A stretch of DNA of 32,000 nt from Wigglesworthia glossinidia endosymbiont of Glossina brevipalpis (GCA_000008885.1 BA000021.3:540001-572000); one strand, 5' to 3'. Positions 11,734-22,261 are shown, counted from the first letter of the stretch. The notes: a model not told the origin generated them from the sequence alone. Translations and numbers: made by a program.

Positions 11734-12705
11734 ATGAACTTTGAAAAAATTTTTAAACTTATAAATAAAGATATAATAAATTTTCAAATTGAACTTGAAA
11801 GGTCTTTATATTCCAATGTTGATTTAATTAAAAAATGCAATAAATATATTTTAAATAATAATGGAAAATTTATTAGACCAATAGCAATAATATTAGCTGC
11901 AAAATCATTATTTTATAATAAAAAGAAACATATTATTTTAGCTTCACTAATTGAATTAATACATATGTCTACATTGTTGCACGATGATATAATAGATGAT
12001 GCAAAAAAAAGAAGAGGAAATGCATCTGTAAATGTAGTTTTCGGAAATATTCCAACAATTTTAATTGGAGATTTTATATACACTAGAGCATTTCAAATGA
12101 TTTCTAAGCTTAGATCTTTTAAGATTTTTAAAATTATTTCTAATGCAGTAAATATGATAGTAGAAGGAGAAATATTACAATTAACTTATTGTAATAGTGT
12201 TGATATTACAATAAAAAATTATATGCAAATTATATATAAAAAAACAGCAAAATTGTTTGAAGTTTCATTACAATCTGCAGCTATTTTATCTAAATCTTCT
12301 TATAAAGAAGAGCAAGCTTTTAAAAATTATGGTCGTTATTTAGGAATTTCTTTTCAAATAATAGATGATTTTTTAGATTACAAATCAGATTTTAAAAAAT
12401 TTGGAAAAATATTAGGAAATGATCTAAAAGAAGGTAAAGTAACATTACCCTTGATTCATGCTATGAAAAATAGCAACAATTCGCAATTTCTTTTAATTAA
12501 AGAAGCAATACAGAAAGGAAATCATAGTCATTTATTAAATGATATTTTAAAAATAATGGAAGAACATAGATCTTTAGAATATACTAGAGAGTATGCTAAA
12601 AAGAAAATAGAAAAAGCTATTTCTTTTTTAAACGAATTGAAATATTCCATTTATATAGAAGCTTTAGAAAATCTAGCTAAATTTTATTTGAATTGTATTA
12701 AATAA
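11734..12705 (+). CDS. ispB: Octaprenyl diphosphate synthase
   Basis: 323 aa trans-prenyltransferase; LLHDDIIDDAKKRRG and FQIIDDFLDYKSD aspartate-rich motifs; divergent from rplU as in enterics. Confidence 0.93.
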   Translation: MNFEKIFKLINKDIINFQIELERSLYSNVDLIKKCNKYILNNNGKFIRPIAIILAAKSLFYNKKKHIILASLIELIHMSTLLHDDIIDDAKKRRGNASVNVVFGNIPTILIGDFIYTRAFQMISKLRSFKIFKIISNAVNMIVEGEILQLTYCNSVDITIKNYMQIIYKKTAKLFEVSLQSAAILSKSSYKEEQAFKNYGRYLGISFQIIDDFLDYKSDFKKFGKILGNDLKEGKVTLPLIHAMKNSNNSQFLLIKEAIQKGNHSHLLNDILKIMEEHRSLEYTREYAKKKIEKAISFLNELKYSIYIEALENLAKFYLNCIK

Positions 12706-13001
12706 TAATTTTTAAATCAATTTTTAAAAGTTAAAATTATAATAGTAAATATATTTTTATATGTATTATTTAATATAAATTATTTCATGCAATGAAAATA
12801 TAATTTTTAAATTAAAAACATTAATTATATAATTTTATTTTATAAATAAATTATTTAATAGTATTTTATTTATATTATAATTTTAATTTATTAAATTTTT
12901 ATTTTAGTTTTATTAAAAATTATTTAATTAAAATAAAATATTATAAATATTTTTAATAGAATTAAAGTAGTTATTATTAATTTATATTTTAGAGGATTTA
13001 A

Positions 13002-13988
13002 ATGATCTCATTAAGAGAATTTATTTTTAGCAATAACGTTAATAAATACATTTCTAAAGAAGATTTGTATTCTTTGTTTATTATAATAGAATTAACTTCT
13101 AAAATTATTCATAATTATATTATTTTAAATAATATAACCAGAATAAAACAAGAAAAAATAAAGAAAAATATACATGGAGAACACCAAACTAAATTAGACT
13201 TATTATCAAACAAAAAATTTATAGATATGATAAAAACTCATTATAATATTGCAGGAATAGCTTCAGAAGAAGAAGCGAAATTTATTTCTTTTAAACAAGA
13301 AAAATATGGAAAATATATATTTTTAATTGATCCATTGGATGGATCTTTAAGTGCAGATTGTAATACTCCAGTAGGTACTATATTTTCTTTATATTGTAGA
13401 GTTACTCCTATAGGAGTAGAGATAAGCGAAAAAGATTTTTTACAACCTGGAAATAAACAGATATTGTCTGGATATATTTTATATGGATCTTCAACAATTT
13501 TAGTTTTTACGGTAAAATCTGGAGTTCATATTTTTACTTATCATCCATTTTTTAGTACTTTTTTTTTATCAAAAAAGAACTTTAATTATCCAAAAAAAAA
13601 CAATATTTATTCAATTAATGAAGCAAATTATAATAATTTTTCATTAGGAATAAAAAAATATATAATGTCTTGTAAAAGCAATAATAATATATCTTCAAGA
13701 TATACTGGTTCTTTAGTTGCTGATTTTCATAGAAATTTGATAAAAGGAGGAATATATTTATATCCAAATACCAAAATCTATAAACATGGAAAATTAAGAT
13801 TAATGTATGAATGCAATCCTATCGCCTTAATATCTTCACAAGCTAATGGTAGTTCAAGTGATGGTAATATAAATATTTTAGACATAAATCCTAAAATTTT
13901 ACACCAATGTTCTCCCTTTTTTGTTGGTACAAAATCTATGGTTAAATTAGTAAATAAATTTATTTTAGGTTATTATAATCATAATTAA
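13002..13988 (+). CDS. fbp: Fructose-1,6-bisphosphatase class I
   Basis: 328 aa; VAGIASEEEAKF-like AGIASEEEAKF, LIDPLDGS, VGTIFSLY, EKDFLQPGNKQILSGYILYGSS, GSLVADFHRNLIKGGIYLYP, LMYECNPIALISSQANG, SDGNINILDINPKILHQCSPFFVG. Confidence 0.93.
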   Translation: MISLREFIFSNNVNKYISKEDLYSLFIIIELTSKIIHNYIILNNITRIKQEKIKKNIHGEHQTKLDLLSNKKFIDMIKTHYNIAGIASEEEAKFISFKQEKYGKYIFLIDPLDGSLSADCNTPVGTIFSLYCRVTPIGVEISEKDFLQPGNKQILSGYILYGSSTILVFTVKSGVHIFTYHPFFSTFFLSKKNFNYPKKNNIYSINEANYNNFSLGIKKYIMSCKSNNNISSRYTGSLVADFHRNLIKGGIYLYPNTKIYKHGKLRLMYECNPIALISSQANGSSSDGNINILDINPKILHQCSPFFVGTKSMVKLVNKFILGYYNHN

Positions 13989-14082
13989 TAATATTATTTT
14001 GTTCTTAATAAATTTAAAATTTATAATTATATAAGAATTGTTTTTTTAATATATCTTTAACCCTAAATATTAGGAAAATTTT

Positions 14083-14622
14083 ATGAATTTAAATTCAGTA
14101 CCAGCGGGAGAAAAGCTCCCAAATGATATTTATGCAATAATAGAAATCCCTACAAATTCAAATCCAATTAAGTATGAAGTAGATAAAAAAACAGGAATAT
14201 TATTTGTTAATAGATTTATTCCTACTTCTATGTTTTATCCATGTAATTATGGATATATAAATCATACTATTTCTTTAGACGGAGATCCATTGGATATATT
14301 GGTTCCAACACCATATCCAGTTTTGCATGGATCTGTCATTAGATGCAATCCTATTGGAGTTTTAAAAATGATTGATGAATCTGGAGAAGATGCTAAAATA
14401 ATAGCTATGCCTCATCAAAAATTATTAGCGGGATATAATAATAATATTAAAAATATAGATGATATTTCAAATTTAATGAAATCACAAATTTCTCATTTTT
14501 TTGAACATTACAAAGATCTTGAGAAAAAAAAATGGACAAAAGTAATTTCTTGGGAAGATGTAAAATCTGCTGAAAAAGAAATTTTATCTTCTTTTAATAG
14601 AAAAAAAACTTTAAATATTTAA
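14083..14622 (+). CDS. ppa: Inorganic pyrophosphatase
   Basis: 179 aa; [52 protein letters not shown]. Confidence 0.97.
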   Translation: MNLNSVPAGEKLPNDIYAIIEIPTNSNPIKYEVDKKTGILFVNRFIPTSMFYPCNYGYINHTISLDGDPLDILVPTPYPVLHGSVIRCNPIGVLKMIDESGEDAKIIAMPHQKLLAGYNNNIKNIDDISNLMKSQISHFFEHYKDLEKKKWTKVISWEDVKSAEKEILSSFNRKKTLNI

Positions 14623-14699
14623 TATAAATATTTTAATAATTAATTTGTATTATTTTTTCAAATAAGTTCAAAAATGATTTTAAAAAGTTTTATTAAATA

Positions 14700-17213
14700 T
14701 TAAAAATCAAAACGGTAGATTACATCTACCGCTTGATTTTTATCTGAAATTGCTTCCAAATATATTTTGTTGGTTAATTTATAATTTATTTTTAACATAA
14801 AAGAATTTCTATCAAATGTTTTTATTCCATATTTTATCTTTAATTTTTTAAGAAAATTTCCACTAACTATAATTCTAGATTGATTTCCGAATCCTTGAGC
14901 CTTTAAATAAAGGTTTTTAATTCCTACTTTTTGTCCTATTTTTTGTATTAAATATTCGCTTTTTATTACGCTAATTCCTATTATCATAGAAGTTAATATA
15001 TTTTCTCCTTCAAAACTAGAAAAAGAAATTTTATTTTTATTTATTAAGTAAGAAAATTTTTCTTTATCATATTGTTCTGGATCAGAGAATATATATAATT
15101 TAGAATTGTTAGCAATCCCAAAAATTTTAATTCCTGAAATTGTATGATTCATGTTTGATAGTTCATATTTAACAGCTTCTATATCTATATATGGTTTATC
15201 TATAGGGCCAGAAAATATTAATTGACCTTTTCTTACATATAATTCTTGTCCGTAAATATGTATAATTCCTGAAATTATTTTAATTTGTCCATTTAATTTA
15301 GAGCGATTTTTATCCGTGATTAATTTTAAATTTCCTTGCAATTTAGCTTTTAATCCAAGAACATTAATATATACATTATCATCAATAATTATTGATATAT
15401 TTGAATTTATGCTAATATTATTAGTTTCTTTTTTGTTTGAAAAAATTAATGTATTTATATTATCAAGTATAATCTCATCTTTAGATATTATAGAATAATT
15501 ATTAGAAATTTTTTCATTTTCTATAAAAATATTAGAAACATTTATATTTCCTGATATATATAATTTTTTTTGATTTATTTCTAAATATATATTTGGAGAG
15601 ATTTTTATATGAATAAAATCTAATATAATAAATTTTAATTTTTCTCCAGAAATTTTAATTAAAATTTTACAATTTTTTTCGTTTCTCCATTCAGAGAATC
15701 CATTTATCTTTAATTTTTCTTTAAAACCATTAATCGAGCTATCTATAAAAAAATATTTTCCTAAAAATTTTATATTAATAAAAAAATTTTTAAAGTTTGT
15801 TTTTATTACATTATTGCTTAAATTAAAAAAATTAATATTTAATTTTCCATTAATATTTATTCCTTGGAAATTATTAAAGTATAATTTTGAATTTATTTCT
15901 CCATCAACATCAAAATCATATAAAAGAATTTTAAATAATTTTAATGGAGTTTTTTTTGTATATATATATCCATTTATATTTTTGTTAATTACATTAAAGC
16001 ATCCATAAAAATAATCATTCTTATAAATATTTAATATCCATTTAAAATAAAAGTATGATTTTTCATATAAAATATTAATATTAATATAATTAAAATTTTT
16101 TTCAAAAATTTTATTTAAATAAATTTGTTTTATTTTTATGTTTTTCCCGGAAAAAAAAATATTTATTTTTGGAAAAAAATTGTTTAAACTCCAAAGTATT
16201 TCTATTTTACTTTGTATTATTCCAGAAATGACATTCCTTTTGGGAAGAAGTGGTTGAATTCTTGATAAATCAAAATTTTTTATATTAATTACTACGTATT
16301 TATTTTCTTTTTTTATATAATTATCAAAAATATTTTCTAAAAAATTTTTTTTATTATTAAAATAATTTTTATCATAAATTTTATTTTCATATATTAAAAA
16401 ATCAATTAAAAAATTTTTATTTGTTTTTTTATTAAAAAATTCAAATATTTGAATCCATCCATTATATTTGTTATTTTTAATATCGTACTTTAAGTATAAA
16501 TCAATATTTTTATTATATAGTTCATTGTTAGATGAAATAATAAATTCATTTTGTATTTTGTTTTTCCAATTATTAAAATAAAATTTATTTATTAATAATT
16601 TATTTAATAAAAAAATTTTTTCTATTTTTATTTTTAAATAATTAAATTGAAATAATTCATTTATATTTAATTGAATATTAGAATATTTTATTTTTATATC
16701 TTTTATAACAAGATCTTTTATTTTAAATAATAAATTTGCATTTAATTCATTATTTTTTGTATATATAAAGATCTTTCCGTTTATTTTTCCGTAAAAATTT
16801 TTAGAAAGTAAATTAAAATCAAAATAAATATTTGAGTTGTTTTTATTTTCTTGAAAAATAAAAAAATTTTTTTCAAAATATAAAAAAAATTTAGAAATAT
16901 AAAAAAATTTTTTTATATTTTTTTTTAAAATTAAATTTATTTTAAACAACTCGTACGATTTATTATAAATTGATTCAACATCTAATTTTATTAATTCATT
17001 TGTTTTATTGATTTTTCCTTGAAAAAAAAAGCAATTAGAAGTCCTATTTTTATATACTTCTAACCCTAAAAATTTTATTTTTTTTGATATTGTATTTATT
17101 TTAAAAATATAAGAAGAATTTTTATAAAATAATTTTCCGTAAATTTTTAAATTTACTTCTAATATAATTGTTTGATAATTTAAATTTGTTAAATTTTTTT
17201 TTTTATATTTAAT
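14700..17213 (-). CDS. tamB: TamB central/C-terminal part (translocation and assembly module inner-membrane protein), separate frame from the N-terminal part
   Basis: Tracked ORF 14700..16949 begins at an internal TTG, but the frame is open up to 17213. C-terminal DUF490-type ending ...KIKYGIKTFDRNSFMLKINYKLTNKIYLEAISDKNQAVDVIYRFDF; adjacent to tamA. Confidence 0.88.
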   Translation of the reverse strand: MKYKKKNLTNLNYQTIILEVNLKIYGKLFYKNSSYIFKINTISKKIKFLGLEVYKNRTSNCFFFQGKINKTNELIKLDVESIYNKSYELFKINLILKKNIKKFFYISKFFLYFEKNFFIFQENKNNSNIYFDFNLLSKNFYGKINGKIFIYTKNNELNANLLFKIKDLVIKDIKIKYSNIQLNINELFQFNYLKIKIEKIFLLNKLLINKFYFNNWKNKIQNEFIISSNNELYNKNIDLYLKYDIKNNKYNGWIQIFEFFNKKTNKNFLIDFLIYENKIYDKNYFNNKKNFLENIFDNYIKKENKYVVINIKNFDLSRIQPLLPKRNVISGIIQSKIEILWSLNNFFPKINIFFSGKNIKIKQIYLNKIFEKNFNYININILYEKSYFYFKWILNIYKNDYFYGCFNVINKNINGYIYTKKTPLKLFKILLYDFDVDGEINSKLYFNNFQGININGKLNINFFNLSNNVIKTNFKNFFINIKFLGKYFFIDSSINGFKEKLKINGFSEWRNEKNCKILIKISGEKLKFIILDFIHIKISPNIYLEINQKKLYISGNINVSNIFIENEKISNNYSIISKDEIILDNINTLIFSNKKETNNISINSNISIIIDDNVYINVLGLKAKLQGNLKLITDKNRSKLNGQIKIISGIIHIYGQELYVRKGQLIFSGPIDKPYIDIEAVKYELSNMNHTISGIKIFGIANNSKLYIFSDPEQYDKEKFSYLINKNKISFSSFEGENILTSMIIGISVIKSEYLIQKIGQKVGIKNLYLKAQGFGNQSRIIVSGNFLKKLKIKYGIKTFDRNSFMLKINYKLTNKIYLEAISDKNQAVDVIYRFDF
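14702..14741. terminator. Strong hairpin, candidate bidirectional terminator for convergent ppa and tamB
   Basis: AAAAATCAA-aa-CGGTAGAT-TAC-ATCTACCG-c-TTGATTTTT: 8 bp GC-containing inner stem plus 9 bp A/T outer stem giving T-runs on both strands; lies between convergent genes. Confidence 0.75.
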
Positions 17214-17908
17214 TTATTATGAAAATTTTTAAAAAAAAATAATTTATATAAAGATTCTAATTGATTATTAAAAATTAAAGGATATTTTATATCTTGTTTT
17301 TTTTTATTTTTTTTAAAAAAACTGACTTTATCAAAAACAAAAATATTTTCCCACTTTTTTATATTTTCATATAAATTTTCCAAATTATAAATTTTTATTG
17401 ATGCTTGATATAAATCTATATATTTAATATTAACTTCATTTTTATTAAATATTAATTTTGTATTAATTCTTTCAAAAAATAAAGATAAATCTTTATAGTA
17501 AATTTTAACTTTTTGCATAAAAATATTTTTTATCATTAATTTAACTAATTTAGTAATAAATACATTATTATTAAAATCAAATACATAGTTAGAATTAATT
17601 TTTATTGTTATTTCTTCAAAAGAAGATAATCCTGAAAAAGATTTTTCATAATCAAGCAAATTTTTATTAAAATTAAATTGATACTCTTTAATAAAGATAT
17701 CAAAATTTGAATTTTTATATTTAATATCATTAATAGTTAATTTTTCTAAATCTATATTAATAGAACCTATTGTAAAATCATTAATTTTAAAATTGATTTT
17801 GTTTTCTGATATATATGTACAATAAAAAAAATGAAAAAATAGAAGACAAGTGTTAAATATCAAATTAATAAAAAATATTTTTAAATAAATTTTGCAAGAA
17901 AAGCTCAC
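17189..17908 (-). CDS. tamB: TamB N-terminal part, ends by frameshift at a poly(A) tract
   Basis: 239 aa; N-terminal TM anchor, then FKINDFTIGSINIDLEKLTINDIKYKNSNFDI (TamB-like start). ATG overlaps the tamA stop by 4 nt. Adding one A in the A11 tract joins it in frame to the downstream part. Confidence 0.85.
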   Translation of the reverse strand: MSFSCKIYLKIFFINLIFNTCLLFFHFFYCTYISENKINFKINDFTIGSINIDLEKLTINDIKYKNSNFDIFIKEYQFNFNKNLLDYEKSFSGLSSFEEITIKINSNYVFDFNNNVFITKLVKLMIKNIFMQKVKIYYKDLSLFFERINTKLIFNKNEVNIKYIDLYQASIKIYNLENLYENIKKWENIFVFDKVSFFKKNKKKQDIKYPLIFNNQLESLYKLFFFKNFHNKLNIKKKI

Positions 17909-19644
17909 AATTCAGATCCTAATCCTATATAAAATTCCAAGCTATTTTCTTTAAAAAAAGATATTGGCTTAGCTATATCAAGTTTGATTGTTCCAAAATT
18001 CGCAGGCCACCTTATTCCAAGGCCTATTCCAGTATGTAAATTTTTATAATTTAATGAATCACTTGCATCTCCATTGTCAACAAATAAAGCAAACCATAAA
18101 TTTTTATAAAAATTATATTGATATTCTAATGAAATAGTAAAAAGCTTTAAAGATCCTATAACGTTATTATCTTTATCTAAAGATGATAAAGTTTTATATT
18201 TAAATCCACGAATACTTTTATCTCCTCCAGCAAAAAATTTCATAGATGAAGGAATGTCATTAGAAAAATTAGTAAATATATATCCAATATTATTTCTTAT
18301 AATATATCTATGTTTTTCTAAATAAGTATTAATAAAGGTATTATTTACTTTTAACATAAAAAAATTTACACTAGATCCAAAAATCTTGTTAGATAAATTG
18401 AATTCGTAATTTTGATTTAATCCAAAAAAAGGGAAGGATATTTCATCATAATTTATTTTATTAATTTGAAAGCTAGGATAAATTAATATTTTTTTTTTTA
18501 TTTTAAAATTATTAACAATATAGTTATCTAAAACAAAGTATATATTAATAGATTTTTTAAAATTATCATTAATATTCCAATTTTTTGATATATTAAATGT
18601 AATTGATCTGTATTTATATTGATTTAAATAAAAATTTTTTATTTGAGATTGCAATAAATAATATTCATTAATAGGATTTTTTATTATTGGTATTTTATAT
18701 TTTAAATTAAATATTTTTTCATATATTGAAAAATATAATTTATTTTTTATGCTATGTCCTAAACTATTAATCCATGGTATTTCTAAATAACTTGTAATAT
18801 GAAATTTATTTCTTGAGTTATATCCTAATCCTACTTCCAATCTGTTTTTGTTATTAGGAGATAAAATAACATTCAAAGGTACAACATTTTTATATTTTGA
18901 ATTATTATATATATCTGGTGATACCGTAACTGAATTAAACCAATTAGTTGAAATTAGCTTATTATTTAGATCTGATATTAATTCAATATTATAAAGTTTA
19001 TTATAATAATTATTAGAAATATTTTTTAAATATGATTTATGTATTTTTGATCCATAAAAATTAATTTTTCCAAATCTATATCTATAACCACTATTAAATA
19101 CAATAAACCAACGTGCTACATTATAATTAGGAAATACTTGTAATTCACTTACTTCAAAGTCTGCGTCAAAATATCCTTTTTTAATAGAAATATCTAATAA
19201 ACCTTGTTTAAATTTTTCATATTTATAATGATTCAATTGACTTCCTATTTTAGGAAAATTATTTTTTATCCATGCATTATAGTCAGTATCGTTTTTAGAA
19301 TCTCCGTTTAATATAATTTTTGAATCTAACATTTTTATAAAATCACCCTGTACAACATAAATAGTTATTATATTTCTATTTTTTTTAGGGCTAGAATATT
19401 TTATATTAATTTTAGGATAATAATAACCTATAGATCTTAAACAATTTTTAACAATCTTTTCAGTTTTTTTTTTGAAAATAATTTTATCTAAAATATCTTC
19501 ATTTTTAATATCATATAAACAATTTATAATTTTATTTTTGATAATTTTATTTGAACTTTTAGTTTTTACTATAAAAATGTTTCCATGAGACAAAAAAATT
19601 AAAAAATAAAATGATAAAGAAAAATAAAAAAATTTTTTATACAT
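17905..19644 (-). CDS. tamA: TamA, outer-membrane autotransporter assembly protein (Omp85 family)
   Basis: 579 aa; signal peptide, POTRA-like N-terminus, RGFKY-type motif (FFAGGDKSIRGFKYKTLSS), C-terminal beta-barrel ending NLHTGIGLGIRWPANFGTIKLDIAKPI...FYIGLGSEL; linked to tamB. Confidence 0.92.
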   Translation of the reverse strand: MYKKFFYFSLSFYFLIFLSHGNIFIVKTKSSNKIIKNKIINCLYDIKNEDILDKIIFKKKTEKIVKNCLRSIGYYYPKINIKYSSPKKNRNIITIYVVQGDFIKMLDSKIILNGDSKNDTDYNAWIKNNFPKIGSQLNHYKYEKFKQGLLDISIKKGYFDADFEVSELQVFPNYNVARWFIVFNSGYRYRFGKINFYGSKIHKSYLKNISNNYYNKLYNIELISDLNNKLISTNWFNSVTVSPDIYNNSKYKNVVPLNVILSPNNKNRLEVGLGYNSRNKFHITSYLEIPWINSLGHSIKNKLYFSIYEKIFNLKYKIPIIKNPINEYYLLQSQIKNFYLNQYKYRSITFNISKNWNINDNFKKSINIYFVLDNYIVNNFKIKKKILIYPSFQINKINYDEISFPFFGLNQNYEFNLSNKIFGSSVNFFMLKVNNTFINTYLEKHRYIIRNNIGYIFTNFSNDIPSSMKFFAGGDKSIRGFKYKTLSSLDKDNNVIGSLKLFTISLEYQYNFYKNLWFALFVDNGDASDSLNYKNLHTGIGLGIRWPANFGTIKLDIAKPISFFKENSLEFYIGLGSEL

Positions 19645-19825
19645 TTTTATTAAAAAAATTAAATTTATTTAAATAAATAAATTAAATTATTAAGTAATAT
19701 TAATATATTTTTTAATAAATATTGTTATGTAAAATTTTTATACATTTATAATATTAATATAATATCAAAATTATTTATAATGAATAAATTTTAAATTTAA
19801 TAATATATAAATGTGTGTTAATTGA

Positions 19826-21490
19826 TCAATCACTTTTAGTAGCAGCTTTAAACGCTTCAGTCATAACATTAGAAAAAGAATCTTCTATAGAATTGTTTTT
19901 CTTGTCATTTTTATTAGATTTTTTTTTATAATCATCAATTATAAATGATAAATTAATTGTACGATTTTTTCTATCAATTCCGATAATTTTTAATTTTAAT
20001 ATATTTGATATTTTAAAATTTTTTGTTATATTTTCTTCTTTTTTATCTGCAATATTTACATAACCTTCTACGAATGAATCTAATTTAATTACAAATTTGC
20101 TTTTTTCTATTATAGATATAGTTCCATCAACTATATCTCCTATTTTGTTATTTTTAACATAATAATTAAAAGGATCTTCAGATAATTGCTTAATACCCAA
20201 AGAAATTCTCTCTCTATCTGAATCTACTTGTAAAACCATAGCTGAAATTATATCTCCTTTTTTATATTCTTTAACAGCTTCTTCTCCTTGAATATTCCAA
20301 GATACATCTGATAAATGTACTAGTCCGTCTATTCCTCCTTCTAATCCGATAAAAATACCGAAATCAGTGATAGACTTAATTCTTCCTTGTACTTTATCTC
20401 CTTTTTTATTTAATTTAGAAAAATTTTTCCAAGGATTTGGTTTACATTGTTTCAATCCAAGAGAAATTCTTCTACGTTCTTCATCTATATCTAATACTAA
20501 TACATTAACTGTATCTCCTACATTTACTACTTTTGATGGATGAATATTTTTGTTTGTCCAATCCATTTCTGAAATGTGAACCAAACCTTCAACTCCTTCT
20601 TCTATTTCTACAAAACATCCATAATCTGTAAGATTTGTTACTTTACCTGATATTTTTACGTTTTCTGGATATCTTTTAGATATTTCTATCCATGGATCTT
20701 GTCCTAGTTGTTTTAAACCTAAAGATACACGTGTTTTTTCTTTGTCAAACTTTAAAATTTTAACAGTAATTTCGTCTCCTATACTAACTATTTCATTTGG
20801 ATGTTTTACTCTTTTCCAAGCCATATCTGTTATATGTAATAAACCGTCTACTCCTCCTAGATCTATAAATGCTCCATAATCAGTTAAATTTTTTACAACA
20901 CCAACCGCTTTAGATCCCTCTTGTAAAATTTTTAAAATATGATCACGTTCTGCGCTATTTTCAGACTCTATAACTGCTCTTCTAGAAACAACCACATTGT
21001 TTCTTTTTTGATCTAATTTAATAACTTTAAATTCAAGATCTTTTCCTTCTAAATGAATAGTATCTCTAATTGGTCTAATATCAACTAAAGATCCAGGGAG
21101 AAAAGCTCTAATTCCGTTAAGCTCTACAGTAAAACCTCCTTTAACTTTTCCGTTTATTATTCCATTAACTGTAATGGAATCTAAATGAGCTTTTTCTAAA
21201 TTAAGCCAAGCTTCTTTTCTTTTAGCTTTTTCTCTAGATAATATTGTTTCTCCAAACCCATCTTCTATTGCATCTAAAGTAACGTCTATTACGTCTCCTA
21301 CTTTAACCTCTAAATGTCCCTTATTGTTTAAAAATTGTTCGATAGGAACTGCAGATTCTGATTTTAATCCTGCATCTACTAATACTATGTCTTTTAAAAT
21401 TGCAATAACTGTTCCTTTTACTAAGGAGCCAGGACGAGTTTGAATTTTTTTTAATGATTCTTCAAAAAGTCGAGCAAAGGATTCTGTCAT
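19826..21490 (-). CDS. rpsA: 30S ribosomal protein S1
   Basis: 554 aa; multiple S1 repeats ([35 protein letters not shown]; [30 protein letters not shown]). Confidence 0.98.
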   Translation of the reverse strand: MTESFARLFEESLKKIQTRPGSLVKGTVIAILKDIVLVDAGLKSESAVPIEQFLNNKGHLEVKVGDVIDVTLDAIEDGFGETILSREKAKRKEAWLNLEKAHLDSITVNGIINGKVKGGFTVELNGIRAFLPGSLVDIRPIRDTIHLEGKDLEFKVIKLDQKRNNVVVSRRAVIESENSAERDHILKILQEGSKAVGVVKNLTDYGAFIDLGGVDGLLHITDMAWKRVKHPNEIVSIGDEITVKILKFDKEKTRVSLGLKQLGQDPWIEISKRYPENVKISGKVTNLTDYGCFVEIEEGVEGLVHISEMDWTNKNIHPSKVVNVGDTVNVLVLDIDEERRRISLGLKQCKPNPWKNFSKLNKKGDKVQGRIKSITDFGIFIGLEGGIDGLVHLSDVSWNIQGEEAVKEYKKGDIISAMVLQVDSDRERISLGIKQLSEDPFNYYVKNNKIGDIVDGTISIIEKSKFVIKLDSFVEGYVNIADKKEENITKNFKISNILKLKIIGIDRKNRTINLSFIIDDYKKKSNKNDKKNNSIEDSFSNVMTEAFKAATKSD

Positions 21491-21557
21491 GTTAGATATT
21501 CTTCAAATATTATAATTAATTGATTAAGGTTTAAACATAAAATTTATTTTTTTTAAT

Positions 21558-22261
21558 TTAAATAAATATTTTTTTAATTTTTTTTACATAGTTAAATATT
21601 ATATCTATTACTTCTTCAGTTCTTAATAATGTAGAATCAATTATAAAAGATTGTGAATCTGGAATTAAAGGAGAAATAGATCTATTTATATCTAATTCGT
21701 CTCTTTTTTTCATATCATACATTATATTATTAAAATTAACATTAAAGCCTTTTTTCTGCAACTGTATAGTTCTGCGTATTGCTCTTTCTTTTATAGAAGC
21801 ATGAAGAAATATTTTTATTTCAGCCTCAGGAAATACAACAGATCCCATATCTCTTCCTTCTGCTATAAGCCCTGGAATTTTATAAAAATTTTTTTGAATT
21901 TTAATTAAAAATTTTCTTAAAATAGGAAACAGAGAAATTTTTGAAGCAATACAAACTATTTTTTCATCTAAAATTTCTAAAGTAACGTCTTTTCCATTAA
22001 GTATGGTATGCAATTTATTTTTTTTAATTTCAAATTTTACATTTAAACACTTGCAAAGTAATATTAAGTTCTTTTCATTAAATTTTAATTTACTATACTT
22101 ACTCCATAGCAAACTCAAAGATCTATATATAGCTCCTGAGTTTAAAATATTCCATTTAAAATTTTTTGCAATTATTTTTGAAATAGTGCTTTTCCCTGAC
22201 CCACTAGGTCCATCTATAGTTATTATATTTTTTTTTTTAATATTTTTATATTATTTATCAT
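21558..22261 (-). CDS. cmk: Cytidylate kinase, 5' end requires a frameshift or slippage (or a non-standard start)
   Basis: Tracked ORF (21558..22118) starts at an internal TTG. The same frame continues upstream and encodes IITIDGPSGSGKSTISKIIAKNFKWNILNSGAIYRSLSLLW (P-loop), open to 22250. The only nearby ATG (22261-22259) is in another frame: MINNIKILKKK then stop at the A11 tract. Confidence 0.9.

Noticed and set aside
12706-13001. Long ispB-fbp spacer (about 296 bp) considered as a possible small RNA or pseudogene
   Set aside because: Almost pure A/T with no GC-rich stem, ORF or recognisable remnant; cannot be supported from sequence alone.
15316-16008. Two short + strand ORFs (15316..15498, 15814..16008) opposite tamB
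   Set aside because: AT-composition artefacts antisense to the tamB frame.
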